Assembly: GCF_009914755.1 (NCBI RefSeq) | Contig: NC_060938.1 | DNA length: 64,000 nucleotides | Source: the human T2T-CHM13v2.0 reference genome, Homo sapiens | Reading direction: 5' to 3' (one strand) | Shown: piece after piece, positions 15,656-39,388 of the stretch | How positions within the stretch are numbered: the first letter of the stretch is position 1 | Layout: each line of letters opens with the position of its first letter | Position numbers and translations under genes: made by a program | Notes under the pieces: model-generated | The model's input: the letters and a program-made list of their open reading frames with translations, nothing else | Told to the model about the DNA's origin: nothing | Database searches by the model: none

Positions 15656-17525
15656 TCAATTATAGGTTGGAATTTAGAGTTCGGTTACATTTACTATTGG
15701 ATGTGATCCTTTAAAAACTCAAGTAGAGGCTTTTCCAGCCCATTCATAACATTAGAAGTTGGGCCGCCTGTCCAGGGAGAAGCTTTCAAAGTAACACTGA
15801 GGCTGATTAAATACTTTTGTAAAATAAAGAATAAATCACAAGCTCATTGGCACTTGAAACTTAGCATTGCAGTGCAGATGCAGCAGAAAATACTTGTAGC
15901 AGTTTTCTCAGTGAAAGAGAAACTAGTCAAGTAGCTTAGAGACACTAAAACAAGCCACAAGCCCTTTGTGCTAGAGATCATGGTTAAAAGTCCCCTGAAG
16001 ATGTTTTTCCACAGTAGAAATTTTGTTTATATTTATGTCTGAGAGTGAAAAAAGAAAATGGAATCAATAAGTAACCATGTTCTGCAGGAGTTTGAGGTTT
16101 TGTTGTTACATTGGGATGTAGTGAGAGAAGAAAACGTATTAATTCTTTTCTGTTGGTACTTTCTTGAATTACATTTTTAATAAACTTATTGTGAGATTCT
16201 GAACATTGCTCCTGTGATAATTTCTGAAGTGCTGATGAGTAGAAGGTTTTCTGGTTAGACTTCTGTTCAGCACATCTGAGCTTCGAGATTATTTGTAGTT
16301 CTCCTGGGGCTTTTAAAATCTCTTTGTATATAATAGATAAATGCTAGTTTCCCATCAGAGAAGGATTTCTTTTTCCTTTTGTCTGATTGAGCAAGTGTCT
16401 TGAGATTAAGAAAATGGATGTCAGTGAATTCAAGTGTTGTGCTCTGTCAGTTTGCAGCAGGTGACCAGAGAGCAAAAACACCAAAGTAGATTCTGTCCCT
16501 ACTCCCACCTACTCCTCAATTCGGGTCCCATGAAAGATCCTCAGATCTGGGTAACTGTTGTTGTTTTTGTTGTTCACAGGGCTAAGAATGTTCATGGCTA
16601 AGAATGTTAAAAAGTCTCCTAGTGTCTTTTGCCACGCTGCCTGAACAGTGGGGTCATTGACCGCCATGCAATCCTCAATTGTTTTCAGCTGATACTGGAC
16701 CGAAATCAAATCTAGCTTTGCCTGCCCCTTTCTTTGTACCAGTAGCGCTTGTTTGTTCACCAGGCCTGACTGAAGACCTAGCCCTGTTGCCTGCCTCTGC
16801 TTCCTACCGAGCCCCCTGTAAAGAGCAGCTCTCCCAGGGAGGCTCACCTTGTAGCATTGTGATCTTTGGAAGCATCAAGGGAGGCACAAGATTTCTCTGG
16901 GTGAACTGGAAAAGACTTGGGCTGGGCATCAGAAGACTTGGGTTCTGCAACTGGCATTGTTTACACTCTCTCTGTAACTCTGTGCAGGCAAAATCTTTCA
17001 CCTTTTCTGAGTTTTTTTTTACATGTCAGTACAGATTCCTTTCCTCATGAGGTTTCTTTAAGACTCAAATGGAAGAATAGATGTGAAAAGAACTTTGAAG
17101 ATAGTATTGGAAAATGCTAAAGTGACTGCTGTGTTATTGATGATTTTTATGGGATTTGTCTGAGAAAGCTCCAGTGTGACCAGTTTGTACCAGCTTGTAT
17201 GGTTTCTTGTAATAACCGAACAGATCCTGTTAGCATAGGGTAAAAATGGAAACTACTTCTTTTAAAATGACCAGTGGCTGCAGTGGCTCAGGCCTGTAAT
17301 CCTGGCTAGTTGGGAGACTGAAGTGGTAGGGTTGCTTGAGGCCAGGCAAGACCAGCCTGGGCGATACAGCAAGACCCTTTCTCTAAATAAAAAACTAGCC
17401 ACCCATGTAGTCCCACCTGCTTGGGAGGCTGAGGTGGGAGGATCGACTGAGGCCAGGAGTTCAAGGCTGCAGTGAGCTATGATTGCCACTGTACTCCAGC
17501 CTGGGTGACAGAGTGAGACCTTGTC

Positions 17526-17558
<33 letters not shown>

Positions 17559-17570
17559 TTTGCATTATAG

Positions 17571-17861
<291 letters not shown>

Positions 17862-18407
17862 TGAGCCACTGCGCCCAGCCAGCTTATCCTTTTTTAAAAA
17901 AACATAAATACTAGGATATTGAGATTATTGAAAATGCTTTTGGTGCTTCAGTTTTGAATTTATACTTAGAGCAGTTTTTGAAGTTTAAGATCTCATTTAC
18001 TTCTAAGTAATAGATTTACTAGTAATCAAAATCGCTTCAAAATACCGTAATCCTCATTGCTGTAAACTCCTACGGGGCAGGTTTGGAGTTTTATAAAGAG
18101 GCAATATAGTGTACTCTGTGAATTCCAACTCCTCACTTGCCAGATGTGACCTTAAGCAAGTGAACTTCTGTGTGCCACACTGTTTTCATCTGTAAAAGGA
18201 TAAAGGGAATATCATAAATTAGTTTGTTAAGCCTTAGTTTAATAATGTCTCTAAGTTTTACATATAAGTAGACAGTGTCTTTCTTGTTTAGTGAATAATC
18301 ATTCTTATTATTTAATAGTATCTCTACTAAATTTATTGTGTAAGATTATACTAATCTTGTTTAGTGCGTGGTAATCACTTCTGCTCATATTTAACCTATA
18401 AGCATAA

Positions 18408-18788
<381 letters not shown>

Positions 18789-19277
18789 TAAGACTGTCTT
18801 GTTTACTTGCTTTGCTTCTGAGGGATTATATGAGAGTTCTATGGGTTTTTCCATAATGGAGTGTACTTTTATTATTTTATTATTTGTTTTTTTGAGACAG
18901 GGTCTCACTCTGTCACTCAGGCTGGAGTGTAGTGATGCAGTCACTGCTCACTGCAGCTTTGACTTTCTTGGCTCCAGTGATCCTTCCACCTCAGCCTCCT
19001 GAGTAGCTGGAACCACAGGCACCCACCACCCACACCCAGCCAATTTTTTTTGTATTTTTAGTAGAAACAGGGTTTCACCATGTTGGCCAGGCTAGTCACG
19101 AACTCCTGGCCTCAAGTAGTAACACCCATCTCAGCCTCCCACAGTGCTGGGATTACAGGCATGAGCCACCGAGCCCGGCCTCATGCAATTTATTGACTAC
19201 TTCACTGAAAGTGAACTTGTATGGATACTCAAAAAGTACAGTTTGTATTGAATACATATTGTTTTTGCATCATACTA

Positions 19278-19577
<300 letters not shown>

Positions 19578-21336
19578 TTAGAGGTTCCAGTGAGCGAGAT
19601 CGTGCCACTACATTGCAGCCTGGGTGACAGAGCAAGACTGTGTCTCAAAATAAAGACAGGAACAAAGGTATCGATAACTCTTAAGTATAGGTTAAATTCC
19701 CACAAAAATCTAGTTTTAAAAAATCTTTTTTTTTTTTTTTTTTTTTAAAAACAGAGTCTCACTCTGTTGCCCAGGCTGAGTACAGTGACGAGATCTTGGC
19801 TCACTGCAGCCTCTAATTCCTGGACTCAAGCCATCCCCCCACCTCAGCCTCCTGAGCATTTGGGACTACAGATGCATCCCACCTGCACCCAGCTAATTAT
19901 TTTTTTGTAGAGATAGTGTTTTCCTATGTTGCCCAGGCTGGAGACTGATCTGCAACTCCTGGCCTTAAGCTCTTTATTTTTTAAGCAAATTTGCACTGTT
20001 TTCAATTAATATGAATTTGCATTTCGCTGATCTCATGCTAGCTGACAATGGGCTGAAGGTGAGGGGAGGAGAAAGATGGACATGGTACATAAAAGCATGT
20101 ATGATAAAGTGGAATGTCACCTTGGTTAAAAATGTGTAATGATTTGAATGATACAAATATAAGTAGTTAAGGGTTATTTTGAACTTGATACCTTTGCTGG
20201 AGGAAAAATTACTTTATGCATTTTTGATGAAAAATCATTAGAAGAAAAAAAATGGAATATTTAGAGGAAAGAGTATCCTGATGTTAAAAGTGAAAATGAA
20301 ATAGGACATTGAGAAAATTTTTTTATGTAAATGTGTATATGGTAATGTATTAATTAGCGTTAGGTATGTACACGGATTTTTGCCTTCTATATTTCTGAAA
20401 ACCTTCTGTGAAAAGGAAGAGTTGAAATCATAAAGAATTGGCTGATGGAAATTAAGGTAGACAGGCAAATGGGAATGTGGCCCCCCTAGGAGGGTGAACT
20501 CTGAGAGACACAGTCATCCCTGTAAATAAGGCTGCGCCAAGATCAAAGGAGAGGTCTGAGGCTGGGAGTCAGGAGTCAGCCATTCTTTTTTTTTTTTTTT
20601 TTCTGCAACCTCCACCTCCTGGGTTCAAGCTTTTCTCCTGCCTCAGCCTCCTGAGTAGCTGGGATTACAGATGCGCGCCACCACACCCGGCTAATTTTTG
20701 TATTTTTAGTAGAGATGGGGTTTCGCCATGTTGGTCAGGCTGGTTTCGAACTCCTGACCTCGTGATCCGCCCGCCTTGGCCTCCCAAAGTGCTGGGATTA
20801 CAGGCATGAGCCACCGCTCCTGGCTGAGTCTGCGATTTCTTGCCAGCTCTACCCAGTTGTGTCATCTTAAGCAAGTCACTGAACTTCTCTGGATTCCCTT
20901 CTCCTTTTGTAAAATAAGCATGTTATCTGTCCGTCCTGCCTTGGGCATTGTGATAAGGATAAGATGACATTATAGAATTTTGCAAAATTAAAAGCGCTAG
21001 ACAAATGATTTTATGAAAATATAAAGATTAGGTTGAATTTGGTCAGCATAGAAAAAGGAATGTTGAGAACATTCCTTAAGATTACTCAGCTCCCTTTGCT
21101 GGAAATCAGAAGTCATTAAGTATCTTTGTGGTTGAAAATGTTTGGTGTCTCAGGCGGTTCTACTTATTGCTAAAGAGGTCTACCTTGAGCTTATAGTAAA
21201 TTTGTCAGTTAGTTGAAAGTCGTGACAAATTAATACATTCCTGGTTTACAAATTGGTCTTATAAGTATTTGATTGGTTTAAATGAATTTACTAGGATTTA
21301 ACTAACAATGGATGACCTGGTGAAATCCTATTTCAG

Positions 21337-21723
<387 letters not shown>

Positions 21724-22368
21724 TGAGGGGGCTAGGCAGGCTTTCTCTACTTTACCACATTTATAATATATTTGGTGAACTTCAGCTGATTGCTGGAGGA
21801 CACAGGGCTGTTTAACACATAGGTGTTGATACAGTTCCTACCTAATTCACATATCACCACCTCAGTTGAAGCCTTCTCCAGCTTCCCAAGGTGTGCAGCG
21901 CCTCATAGTTCATGTTGTTTATTATTTTACCTATCTTGCTCTTATTCTTCTACGGCTGAGTCCATTTTATTTACTGTATTCATTACCTAACAGTTCCTTT
22001 TAGTGCTCAGTAAATATTCATTATGATTGTACAATGCAAGGATAAGTGTAGAAGTTCTAAGGGTTCAAAGGAGGGATTCAGGAAAAGAACGTAATCTGTG
22101 CTGTCGGACAAAGAGATTCCTCACCAGCTACATACACAGACATGAAATTTGACTGCAACTCTACTAGCTAATCATCATAAAGTGAGAGCAGAGGCCAGGC
22201 ACGGTGGCTCATGCCTGTAATCCCAGCACTTTGGGAGGCTGAGGCGGGCAGATCACCTGAGGTTAGGAGTTCAATACCAGCTTGGCCAACATGGAGAAAC
22301 CCCATCTCTACTAACAATACAAAAATTAGCCGGGCTTGGTGGCAGGTGCCTGTAATCCCAGCTACTCA

Positions 22369-22575
<207 letters not shown>

Positions 22576-24445
22576 TTAGAGGTGGACCCAGAATAGAGGA
22601 AAACACAAGGCCAACTATAAGCTATCCAGTTGCACTAGGTGTGGGGTCAGATTTTCCTCTGTTAGGACCAGAGAGCAGAGCTAGGAACAGTGGTGGAAGT
22701 TACCAGGCAATAAGGTCTGGATCAATAAAAAGAACTTTCTCATAGCCTGGCATGGTGGTGCATGCTTGTAGTCCCAGCTACTCAGGAACTCAGGAGGCTG
22801 AGGTACGAGGATTGCTTGTCTAAGAGTTTGAGTCCAGCATGGGCAACATAGAGAGGTTCTGTGTTTTTTTTTTTTTAATTTTCCCACAGTTATGGTACAT
22901 CTGGGCTGCCTTGTAGGCTTGTGTGTACATTTCACTACAAACAGTCACAAAAGGCTGGAAGGCCACTCCAGCAAGATCTGTAGAGGATTAGTCCGTGAAT
23001 TCCGCAGTTGAACTAGAGCACTGAATGGCGTGGAACTTCCTTTTACACTCTGAAGATTTAGGATTCTTCACTTTTCCCATCAGTAAAATTAGGTAATTTA
23101 CTAGATAATTTGAAAATTCTTTCCCAGCTGGGAAGTTTTGATGTGCCCAGAAGCTAGGATGGGCAGTTGTCCAGGTTTGTTTAAAACTAGAGGTTCTAGA
23201 ACACAGGACTTTCAGTTTTAAAATTGGGACAGTCCTGAGCAGTAGGATCAAGTCAGTTGTCTACCAGAGTATAATCAAATTGAAATAATTTTGGATCTGA
23301 CTAACCAAGTCTTATTCAATTAGTTGACATTGTTGTTTAACTTCGAGTACTATTACAGTTCTATATTGTTATAGTTCAAATAGAAGATAACATCTAAAGC
23401 ATTTCTCATTCCAAAGGTTAAATCTTGCCTTTAGCTTCATTTCTTCAACTCTAAGCAAATACTGTGACGAGCTGCTATAGCCTGGAAAATAGTTTTCCTT
23501 TTGTGGGCTGCTGTGCATAATCTCATTCATAGTAAAGGGATTTGAAGTTTGATGACAGAATAGTCAGAGAGCTGAAGTTGTGTTTGTTTTTTTAGCCCAA
23601 ATATTTATTTCTCAAGTTTTTGTTGTGAAATGTTTCTAGCACATACAGAAAGTATGGCACATAATGTAATAGGCACCCATGTACCTATCACCCAGCTTTA
23701 TTAAACCTTAACATCTTATTTGCTGTTTTTTTGATAAGCTTTTTTTGCTTCTATTGCTTATTGATCCTACACTAAATGAAATCCTAACTAAACAAAACAA
23801 GATTTTGCATTTAATTTGAAAAGAGACTAGTTATATGACAAAAAATTGCAGATAAAATTGAAGTGCTCCTCCCCCATTCTTTTTCCTCTTTTCTCAGGAT
23901 AGTTACTGTCCTGAATTGGGTATTTACCATGTTTAATAAAATTGAGTATTAGGCTTACTATAATATTTATGTACATAAATCGTATCGCATTATGTAATAC
24001 ACTTGGCATGTTTTAAAACTTTAGGCTGGGTGTGGTGGCTCACGCCTGTAATCCCAGCAATTTGGGAGGCCGAGGCTGGTGGATCACAAGGTCAGGAGTT
24101 CAAGACCAGCCTGGCCAACATGGTGAAACCCTGTCTCTACTAAAAAAAAATGCAAAATTTAGCCAGGCGTGATGGCAGGCACCTGTAATCCCAGCTACTC
24201 CAGAAACTGAGGCAGAGAATTGCTTGAACTCTGGAGGTGGAGGTTGCAGTGAGCCAAGATTGCACCACTGCACTCCAGCTTGGGCAACAGAGTAAGACTC
24301 TGTCTCAAAAAAAAAAAAAAAAAAAAAAAGCCAGGTGCGGTGGCTCACGCCTGTAATCCCAACACTTTGGGAGGCCGAGGAGGGCGGATCACGAGGTCAA
24401 GAGACAGACCATCCTGGTCAACATGGTGAAACCCCGTCTCTACTA

Positions 24446-24676
<231 letters not shown>

Positions 24677-25275
24677 TTAGTATATGTTGCAAAAGAGACA
24701 TTCCTATGTAGAATTTTGGGCATTCATGTATATGTAGATGCATGTAGCTCTAGCATTTGTTTTCTCTTGTGAATATATAAAAATAATTCTGTTTACAAAC
24801 ATTTGGTAGGTTCCAGTTTTTCACAATAACTGACAGTGCTGCAGTGACATACTAATTCATTAGTCTGTGTGCACTTGTGTGAGTTTCTCAAAGATAGTTG
24901 CTGTGATTGGATATATGGATCTTAGAACTATTTTAGAGATTGCTAGGATTCTTCCAAAGTGTATATTGCAGGCCAGGCATGGTGGTTCACGGCTGTATTA
25001 CATCTATCTCAGAAAAATAAGAGAAGAAAAGCATGGGTGATCTTGGTGATTTCCCCCTTTCATTTTCTAAATGTTCTATAATACAGTTATTTAATAATTT
25101 AAAAAGCTATTTTGAAAAAGTAATCTCACGCTGTCACCAAAGCTGGAGTGCAGTGGTGCAATCTAAACTCACTGCAACCTCGACCTCCTTGAGACCAGGG
25201 TGGTCTCAAGTGATCCTGCCACCTCAGCCTCCCAAGTAGCTGGGACCACAGGCTCATGCCACCACACCTGGCTAA

Positions 25276-25653
<378 letters not shown>

Positions 25654-25975
25654 TAGCCAGGATGGTCTCGGATCTCCTGACCTCGTGATTCGCCCGTCTC
25701 GGCCTCCCAAAGTTTTTTTATATTTTTTAATGTGAGGAAAGGTCACAAAAGAATAGTATGCTACCTGAGGAATATCTCTGGAAAGGGATCAAGCATTCGA
25801 GGTTTTCTGTGATGACTGACTAAAGTCATGGAGTTAGAACAGCTGATACAAAAGAAACCAAAAAAGGCCAGGCATGGTGGCTCACACATGTAATCCCAGC
25901 ACTTTGGGAGGCCGAGGCAGGTGGTCAGGAGTTTGAGACCAGCCTGGCCAACATGGTGAAACCCCATTTCTACTA

Positions 25976-26140
<165 letters not shown>

Positions 26141-26272
26141 TCAAAAAAAGAAAAAAAAAACCCACAAAAGCTCGGTAGCATGAGATCTTTGAGAGCATTC
26201 TTATGTTCTTATTGGTAATTGGAGTTTATATTATGCCCTTGTCATCAATAATAGCTTCAGTTATGTTTCTTA

Positions 26273-26539
<267 letters not shown>

Positions 26540-27230
26540 TCACACCATTGTACTCCAGCCTAGGTGACAAAGTGATACCCTGTCTCAAATAAATACATAG
26601 ACAAAAAGCAAACCTATGAGCTATTTAAAGGACCTTGAGGAGAAAAAAAATAAATGAAATGGGTGATCTAAATTTAAATAGAATCTGCAGCTCTGGTTAG
26701 CCTTTGACAGTGTTGTTGTATCATTATAGTTATGAATTTGTTTTCTCAGTTGTGTTAAAGTGGAGTAAGGCAAAAAAGAACTTGAAATCTCAACGACCTC
26801 CAGAGAAACATGCTAGCTTTTGCATGAGTAAAATCTCTTAGGCACAAATATTAATAATATGTTAAGAAACTTTAGGCTTAAGCCTAACATAACAGCCCCA
26901 TAAGTGTTCAGTATTATCTCTAACCAGTTATGTCAACTGTTTGTGGAAATGACAGCCTTTCTTGGCATTAGAGGAATGGTTAAACCTCTGACTCCAGGGA
27001 ATCACAAAGCTTGGTCAGATGCTGAATGGAATTATGTGTGTTGTTGGAAGCATGTTCCCTATGATTAATAAATGTTTTCAAGTTTTCCACTTAACTTGCC
27101 AGTTCTTTGGTTAAGCCACTCTTCTAGTCCTGTCCTACAGAGCAGGCTTAGAGCCCCACATTTGTCATTGTAGAAATTCAAACAATATCCATTAAGTCAT
27201 TTTTTTTTTTTTTTGCCCATTAAGTCTTAA

Positions 27231-27488
<258 letters not shown>

Positions 27489-27971
27489 TGATCTGACCAC
27501 CTAGGCCTCTCAAAGTGTTGGGATTACAGGCATGAACCACCGTGCCTGCCAATACATTTTCTTACAAATATTAATTATTGAAAAAATGTATTTTAAGTAA
27601 ATATTCAGACTATAAATATATCAGCATAATTGAATACATTATAACCACGTAGGCATGTTAACTGCTTACATGCGTGCATGAAATATTAAGGGAAAAGGGC
27701 AGAATATAATATTTGTAAACACAACTATGTATACCTGTGTGTATATATTGAAAAACGTTAGCATTTGGGGTGTCGTAAAAATAAGTTTCTGTTTTCTTTA
27801 TAAAATTACCTAAATTCATATTCAACTACACACAATTATAAACTTAATTGCAGAGCTAGGTGTGGTGGCTCATGTCTGTATTCCTAGTACTTTGGGAGGC
27901 TGAGGCAGGAGGATCCCTTGAGGCCAGGAGTTTGAGACTAGCTTGGGTAACATAGCACGATCTTGTCTCTA

Positions 27972-28193
<222 letters not shown>

Positions 28194-29738
28194 CTAGGAC
28201 AAAGGCTTGAAATATATGACAGATATATCCCAATATACATAGAATTCTTATGAAATTAAAAGGAACATGAACAACTTAACTCAGTAGCAAAGGTTACAAG
28301 CAATATTTATGGAGTAAGAAATAGAAATGGCAATAAATATATGAAAAGCCTAGTTGATCAGCCTTACTAATAGGGATAAAAATTAAAACTTCACTTCTTA
28401 CCTATCAGTGAGTTAAAATTGATACACTGCTGCTGAGGTTGTAGGGAAATAGGCTTTCTTGTATGCTGTGTTCTTTGGAGTTAAGTTAGTATTTATTTGG
28501 AGGCAAGCTCTTAATTGAATCTACAGATACACATGCCTTTTGGAAATAATTTAGCAATTAAATCTAACCTAATCTGATCTCACCTAGCATTTCACTTCTG
28601 AAAGTTTATCCTATAAAAATATTACCATAGAAGTGCCAAGAATTTTTATTGAAGTTTTATTTATAACAGTGAGAATGTGGCAGTAATCTCAATCTTTATC
28701 ATTAATTGCTTATGGTTTACCCAGTTAGTAGTGTAAAGGTACTAGTTAACAGTAGGGTCTCTTGACTAAACAGTTGGACTTTGAATCTCCATTCTAGAAC
28801 TTCTTAGCATTATGATCTTTGGCAAATTAACTGGCCTCGCTAAACTTCAGTTTCTTTATCTGTTAAATGAAGTTTATAGCAATTAACTTAGAGTTTTATT
28901 TAAATTAAATGAGATAAACTGAATGATTAGTACACTACCTAGCACATACTTGTTCAATAAATATTAACATTTCTTATCAAAATTGCCATATTTAAGAATG
29001 AGGTATATTTATATGTCTAGCATAGAATCAAATATATATTATCATTATTATTTTTTTTTTGAGACAGGGTCTCCTTCTATCACCCAGGCTGGAGTATAGT
29101 GGTGTGATCATAGCTCAGTGCAGCCTGTAAGTCCTGGGCTCAAGTGATTCTCCCATCTCAGCCTTGTGAATAGCTGGGAGTACAGGTGTGTGCCACCATG
29201 CCTGGCTAATTTTTTTTGCTGTTAGTTTCACTTTTTTTGTAGAGCTGGGGTCTCGTTATGTTGCCCAGGCCGGTCTTGAACTCCTGGGCTCAAGCGATTC
29301 TCCCGTCTCGGCCTCCTGAAGCATACAGATTTTTTAGGGCAGTGAATCTATTCTGTATGATACTGTAATCATGGAAACCTGTCATTATCTGTTTATACAA
29401 ACCCATAGACTGTATAACACCAAAAAGTGAACCCTAAGGTAAACTGTGGACTGTCAATGTAGGTTCATCTGTTGTAACGGTTTACCACAGTGGTGCAGGA
29501 TGTTGATAGAGGCTGTTGGAGGGGTTATGTGGGAACTCCGTGTACTTTCTGCTCAGTTTTGCTGTGGATCTAAGTTTGCATTTAAAAATATTTTATGGCT
29601 TGGTGGCTCATACTTGTAATCCTAGCACTTTGGAAGGCTGAGGCGGGTGGATCACTTGAGTTCAGGAGTTTGAGACCAGCCTGGGCAACATGGTGAAACC
29701 CCATCTCTATGAAATAAAAAAAAAAGTAAATAATACTA

Positions 29739-29954
<216 letters not shown>

Positions 29955-30130
29955 CTATCAAGCCACAAATGCAAAAGGCTTCAAGTTCCTATCTTTTAGA
30001 AATACATACTAAAATATTTATGAAGGAAATGATATATCTAAGATTTGCCTCAAAATAATACTGGAGTGGCAAAGTGAGCGGGGGAGTAGATGAAACAAGA
30101 TTAGCATGAGTTCATAATTATTGAAGTTGA

Positions 30131-30406
<276 letters not shown>

Positions 30407-30625
30407 TAGCCAGGATGATCTCGATCTCCTGACCTTGTGATCCGCCCGCCTGGGACTCCCAAAGTGCTGGGATTACAGGCATGAGCCACCACGCCTGGCC
30501 TTTTTTTTAAAATGGTCTTACAGGTAATACCATGCATGCTTAAGTCATCATTCTCATATTTAGCTACCAAGATTTTTCCTTTCGGAAATCCCTCAGTATT
30601 CTAGTACCACTTTCCTCTCATTTGA

Positions 30626-34925
<4,300 letters not shown>

Positions 34926-34974
34926 TGTTCTTTAATTTCTCTTAGCAATATTTTGTAAGTTTCATTGTACAGGA

Positions 34975-35639
<665 letters not shown>

Positions 35640-35956
35640 CTAACCTGGGAGGCCAAGGTTGCAGTGAGCCAAGATTGCGCCACTGCACTCCAGCCTGGGC
35701 AACAGGAGCAAAACTCCATCTCAAAAAAAAAAAAAAGTTAAATAGAAAAAGGACATAAATGAAAAAGCACTCAACCATCCTGATAATAAGAGAAATAGAT
35801 ATTAAATTTATGCCAAGATTCCATATTTCTCCCATCAGATTGGTAAAAATCTAAGCACTTGCTAACATAAGGTGTTAGCAACAGTGTGGTAAAGTAGGCA
35901 ATCTCTTGCATTGCTGATTCTCTAAATTGGTGCAATCCACAGGGAGGGCAATTTGG

Positions 35957-36075
35957 CATGCTCTCGTTCTCTCTCTCGCTCGCTCGCGCGCTCTCTCTCT
36001 CTCTCTCTCCATGAGAAGGAGAGAGAGAGAGAGAGAGAGCACGCGAACAAGCGATTGAGTGAGAGAGAGAGCACG
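35957..36075. repeat. Inverted (CT)n ... (GA)n quasi-palindrome
   Basis: A CT-rich arm followed by its near reverse complement, with only a short spacer. Confidence 0.85.
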
Positions 36076-36746
36076 TATCTGCAGTCTCAGCTGCTCAGGA
36101 GGCTGAGGTGGGAGGATTGCTTGAGCCTAGGAGGTCAACGCTGTGGTAAGCTGTTGACTATGCCACTGCACTGCAGCCTAGTGACAGAGAATCTGTCTCA
36201 AAGATAAGAAGAATGAGGATATTCTTTATGTACTGATGTGTAGAAAAATCTCTAAGATACATAGTTAAGTGGAGAAAACAAAATGCTGCATGGTGCATTT
36301 ACTGTACTACCATTTGTGTGAAAAGGGGGAGTAAGAGTATGTGTTTGTATTTGCTTGCATATGTAGAAAGAAACTTTGAAAGGATTCACCAAATAACAGT
36401 AGTAAGCAGGGGGATTAGGAAACTAGGTATATATTAAGAGGGAGCTTTTGTACTCTATACCTTTTAATACTTTCTTTGAGACCATGTGAATGTTTTACCT
36501 ATGTATTTATTTATTTTTAATTTTTGCTTTGCCTGCTTTTAAACAAATAAATTGTACTTTTTTTGAAGAGCTCTATTTTTATTTCCTTTCGATTATCATC
36601 TGTAGATTCTTATGTCACATTTTACTTTAACAGCACATTTAGACAGAATACAGTCTTTAAATGGAAGCCGACAATTGATTTCCCTGGAAAATTTTTGAAG
36701 TACAATAACATTTGATTGATTGAACTTTATTTAGTAAGAATTCTTA

Positions 36747-36965
<219 letters not shown>

Positions 36966-36994
36966 TTAGCCGAGCTTCACAAACAATCTTACAG

Positions 36995-37830
36995 GAGTCA
37001 TTCATTAATTAACTCAACAAATATTTATAGAGTACAGGAGACACTAGAGATCCAGCAAAGGTCAATAACATGTGCTGTCTTAGAGAAAACTTATATTCTA
37101 AGAATAATCAAGTGACAAACAGGAGCTACATCAAATAATCACAAGTACACTTCAGAGAATTAAAACCAGATCAACGTAGAGAAAGGCTTCCTTACATTCG
37201 ATAGTCAGGAAATTCTCTCTCTACCAGGAGGGAACTGAGTGACAAGGAACAGTCAGGTGGGAGAAGGGCATTCCAGATGAACCAGCCCTGAGCGGGGAAC
37301 TAGAAGGCCAGTTTGAGAAAAGGAATGGAGAGAGGAGGAACAGTTTGTGGTCAGAGCAAGGACCAAACCATTTTAGACTTCATGAGCCTAAGAAGTTTTG
37401 ATTTTGTTATGAGCATGACAAGAAGCCATTGTAATCGAGTTTTAAACAAAGGAATGACATGATCTCATTTTGTTTAAAAAAAAAAAATCATCCTGGCTGT
37501 AGTGTGGAGAATGGACTAGGGGAGCATAAAAGCAGAAAGACCAATTGGAAGCCTATTAACAGTAATCCAAATGATAGATAATAGTGGTTTGAACCACAAA
37601 GATTATGGACATAGAAAGAAGCAGATAGATCCAGGAGATGTTTTGGAGGTATTCTGGCAGAATTTGCTGGCTGACTAGACAGAGGTACTAAGGAAAAGAA
37701 TCAAGAATAATTCCTAGATTCGGGACTTCCTAGAAACTGGGAGAATGGTGCTGCTGTTTATTGAGATAAATGGAGAAGACAGAGGAGAAGCTTAGAATAG
37801 AGTTCTAGGAGAGGTCAGAGATGGAGATCA
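36995..37830 (-). mobile_element. L2 fragment
   Basis: tcattcattaattaactcaacaaatattta is the reverse complement of an L2 3' end, followed by degenerate L2-like body sequence. Confidence 0.5.
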
Positions 37831-38432
37831 ACATTTGGGAGACAGAATTTTCTAATTCCATAGTGCCGACGATTTTCTATTGATAGACTAAAAATGTCTG
37901 GAATTTTATATGCAGTTTCATCTGGACAATACCCTAAGAGGAGATCAGTTATACCTTGGCACCTGCTAATAGCCATAGGAATATGTATATGTAGAATAAA
38001 TGGTAAAACTACTGAATGCTTAATATGTGCCAGACACCGTGAGATACGTCTTTGAAGTACTATCCCAGTAGAATTTACAACAACCCTATCAGGAGATACT
38101 TTTTTTATCACCATTTTACAGATGAAGACACTGAAGTTCAAAGAGGTTAAATAACTCGCCCCAAATCACACTATATAGAAGAGAAATCTAAATCCTGGTA
38201 GTCTGACCCCAGAACTTGGGCTAATTACCACTATATAATACAGTGTCACTGGGGTAAACCCAAGATATGATAACATAAGTTAGAGACTTTTAAATTCCAA
38301 ATTTCACACACTATGATTTCACCCATAAAATGTAGTGATTCAGCCATAGTCTTCTGATTAGTTGGAGTACCCTATGCAATACTTTAGGAACTTGCTTCTT
38401 TTATTTTCATATATATATATGTTCATTCATAA

Positions 38433-38816
<384 letters not shown>

Positions 38817-38989
38817 TAAATAAAGAAATTAAAACAGTATTTTTTTCCTTAAAGATGGTGTCTCACTACATTCCCTGGCTCAAACGATTCTGGCTCAAAC
38901 GAATTCCTAGGCTCAAACGATTCTCCTGCGTTAGCCTCCTGAGTACCTGGGACTATAGGTATGTGCCACTATTCCTGAAAACATAATCA

Positions 38990-39124
<135 letters not shown>

Positions 39125-39130
39125 CTACTA

Positions 39131-39388
<258 letters not shown>

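Noticed and set aside
16509-16847. 112-aa antisense ORF in non-repeat sequence
   Set aside because: Starts at GTG, has no recognisable homology, and a length like this is expected by chance in 64 kb.
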